Shown: positions 63,328-64,000 of the stretch, one piece after another | How the letters are laid out: each line of letters opens with the position of its first letter | Position numbering within the stretch: the stretch's first letter is position 1 | Position numbers and translations under genes: made by a program | NCBI RefSeq assembly: GCF_001194135.2 | Contig: NC_068986.1 | Location: forward strand, 66,612,452-66,676,451 | DNA: 64,000 nt | From: Octopus bimaculoides | Taxonomy: Eukaryota | Reading direction: 5' to 3' | The notes under the pieces: model-generated | The model's database searches: none | What the model saw: the letters and a program-made list of their open reading frames with translations, nothing else | What the model was told of the DNA's origin: nothing

Positions 63328-64000
63328 TTACTTTCAACACTAGCTTAAACCCCTACAATGAGAATAATATTAATTGTGATGTAGGAATTAGAAACAGCAG
63401 TATTAACACATCTAATATGCACAATATAGACTGTAACTCTGAGGTTCATACTAGCACAGGGATTACTGGCACAATGCCTGTTCATGCTGAGATGAATTTG
63501 AATGATACTACAGTTGAAGGAAGTATAAATATTAACAGAAATAAAAATAACACACACGATAGTAATAGTAGGAATAATAGTGATAATAATAATAATAATA
63601 GGAATATCAATAATATATTAATAGTAGTAATGCTTCTGGTTGCAATTGTAGAGTTAAATCCCACTGTCCGTTATTAGGCCGATGTCTAATCCAAAACGTA
63701 ATTTATAAATGTACAATCATAACTGAGGCTAGTAGCTTTATATATACATAGGATGTTCGATAAATATGAAAAAAACGTATCAATAACAATTTTTCATCTT
63801 TTAGACTCAAACATAAAGCCAATTGTACGTCCTTATCTAACAAATTTGGGAACTGAAGGAAAGCAGGATATAATACCGAAAGCGCAGCTTTATAGAGATA
63901 GTCGATACGGGTGTGAGCTGTAATCTATGGAAACTTAAGAGATTTTTAAATATAGGGACAAGAAAAACCTGATTAATAATAGATTAGACCTAAAGGTATC
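62433..64000 (+). mobile_element. Naiad-like Penelope element: inverted 3' end, (TA)n, then 5'-truncated body (runs off the window)
   Basis: YNFALSEAGY, LVWFNVPFN..IFTNIYKKF..LEKNFP.SHRYNRIFSRKTVRISYSTLPNM, CNCRVKSHCPLLGRCL, YIGCS, TSLS..IWELK, CNLW. ORF 62697-63677 is open, with a frameshift near 63620. Confidence 0.88.

Noticed and set aside
63635-63935. Selenocysteine-encoding Naiad (known in this clade)
   Set aside because: The conserved Cys positions here and at 31430-31850 are TGY or missense, not TGA. One CNLW (TGG) is a single change from TGA but is not evidence on its own; no SECIS was identified.

Overview
AT-rich, microsatellite-dense animal DNA with many assembly gaps. The SINE families, (CA)n/(TA)n/(TTA)n density and gap pattern suggest an octopus or other cephalopod assembly; this is inference from recalled repeat families, not a database hit. 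I find no intact host protein-coding gene, rRNA, true tRNA gene or CRISPR array. Almost every ORF in the track is a microsatellite or N-gap translation, or a decayed transposon fragment. The window is a layered set of mobile-element remnants: RLE-type LINEs (HERO-like, CRE-like, three tandem R4/Dong-like copies), RTE-like LINE ends with three C2H2 fingers, several Penelope-like elements (PLEs; Poseidon-, Neptune- and Naiad-like), several tRNA-headed SINE families, and DNA transposons (mariner MITEs, maT/Tc1-like, hAT, Merlin, ISRm11-like, a Helentron-type HINE). Best second-look items: (1) an apparently intact minimal hammerhead ribozyme at 30970-31011; (2) three hammerhead-like motifs with an 84-180 nt loop 2, one holding a perfect 21-bp hairpin; (3) LINE-borne triple C2H2 arrays that share a -1 frameshift in two copies; (4) a 5.5-kb (TTA)n landing pad filled with LINEs and SINEs; (5) an unidentified decayed reading frame at about 44.9-45.45 kb. 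Most boundaries are approximate, read by eye.
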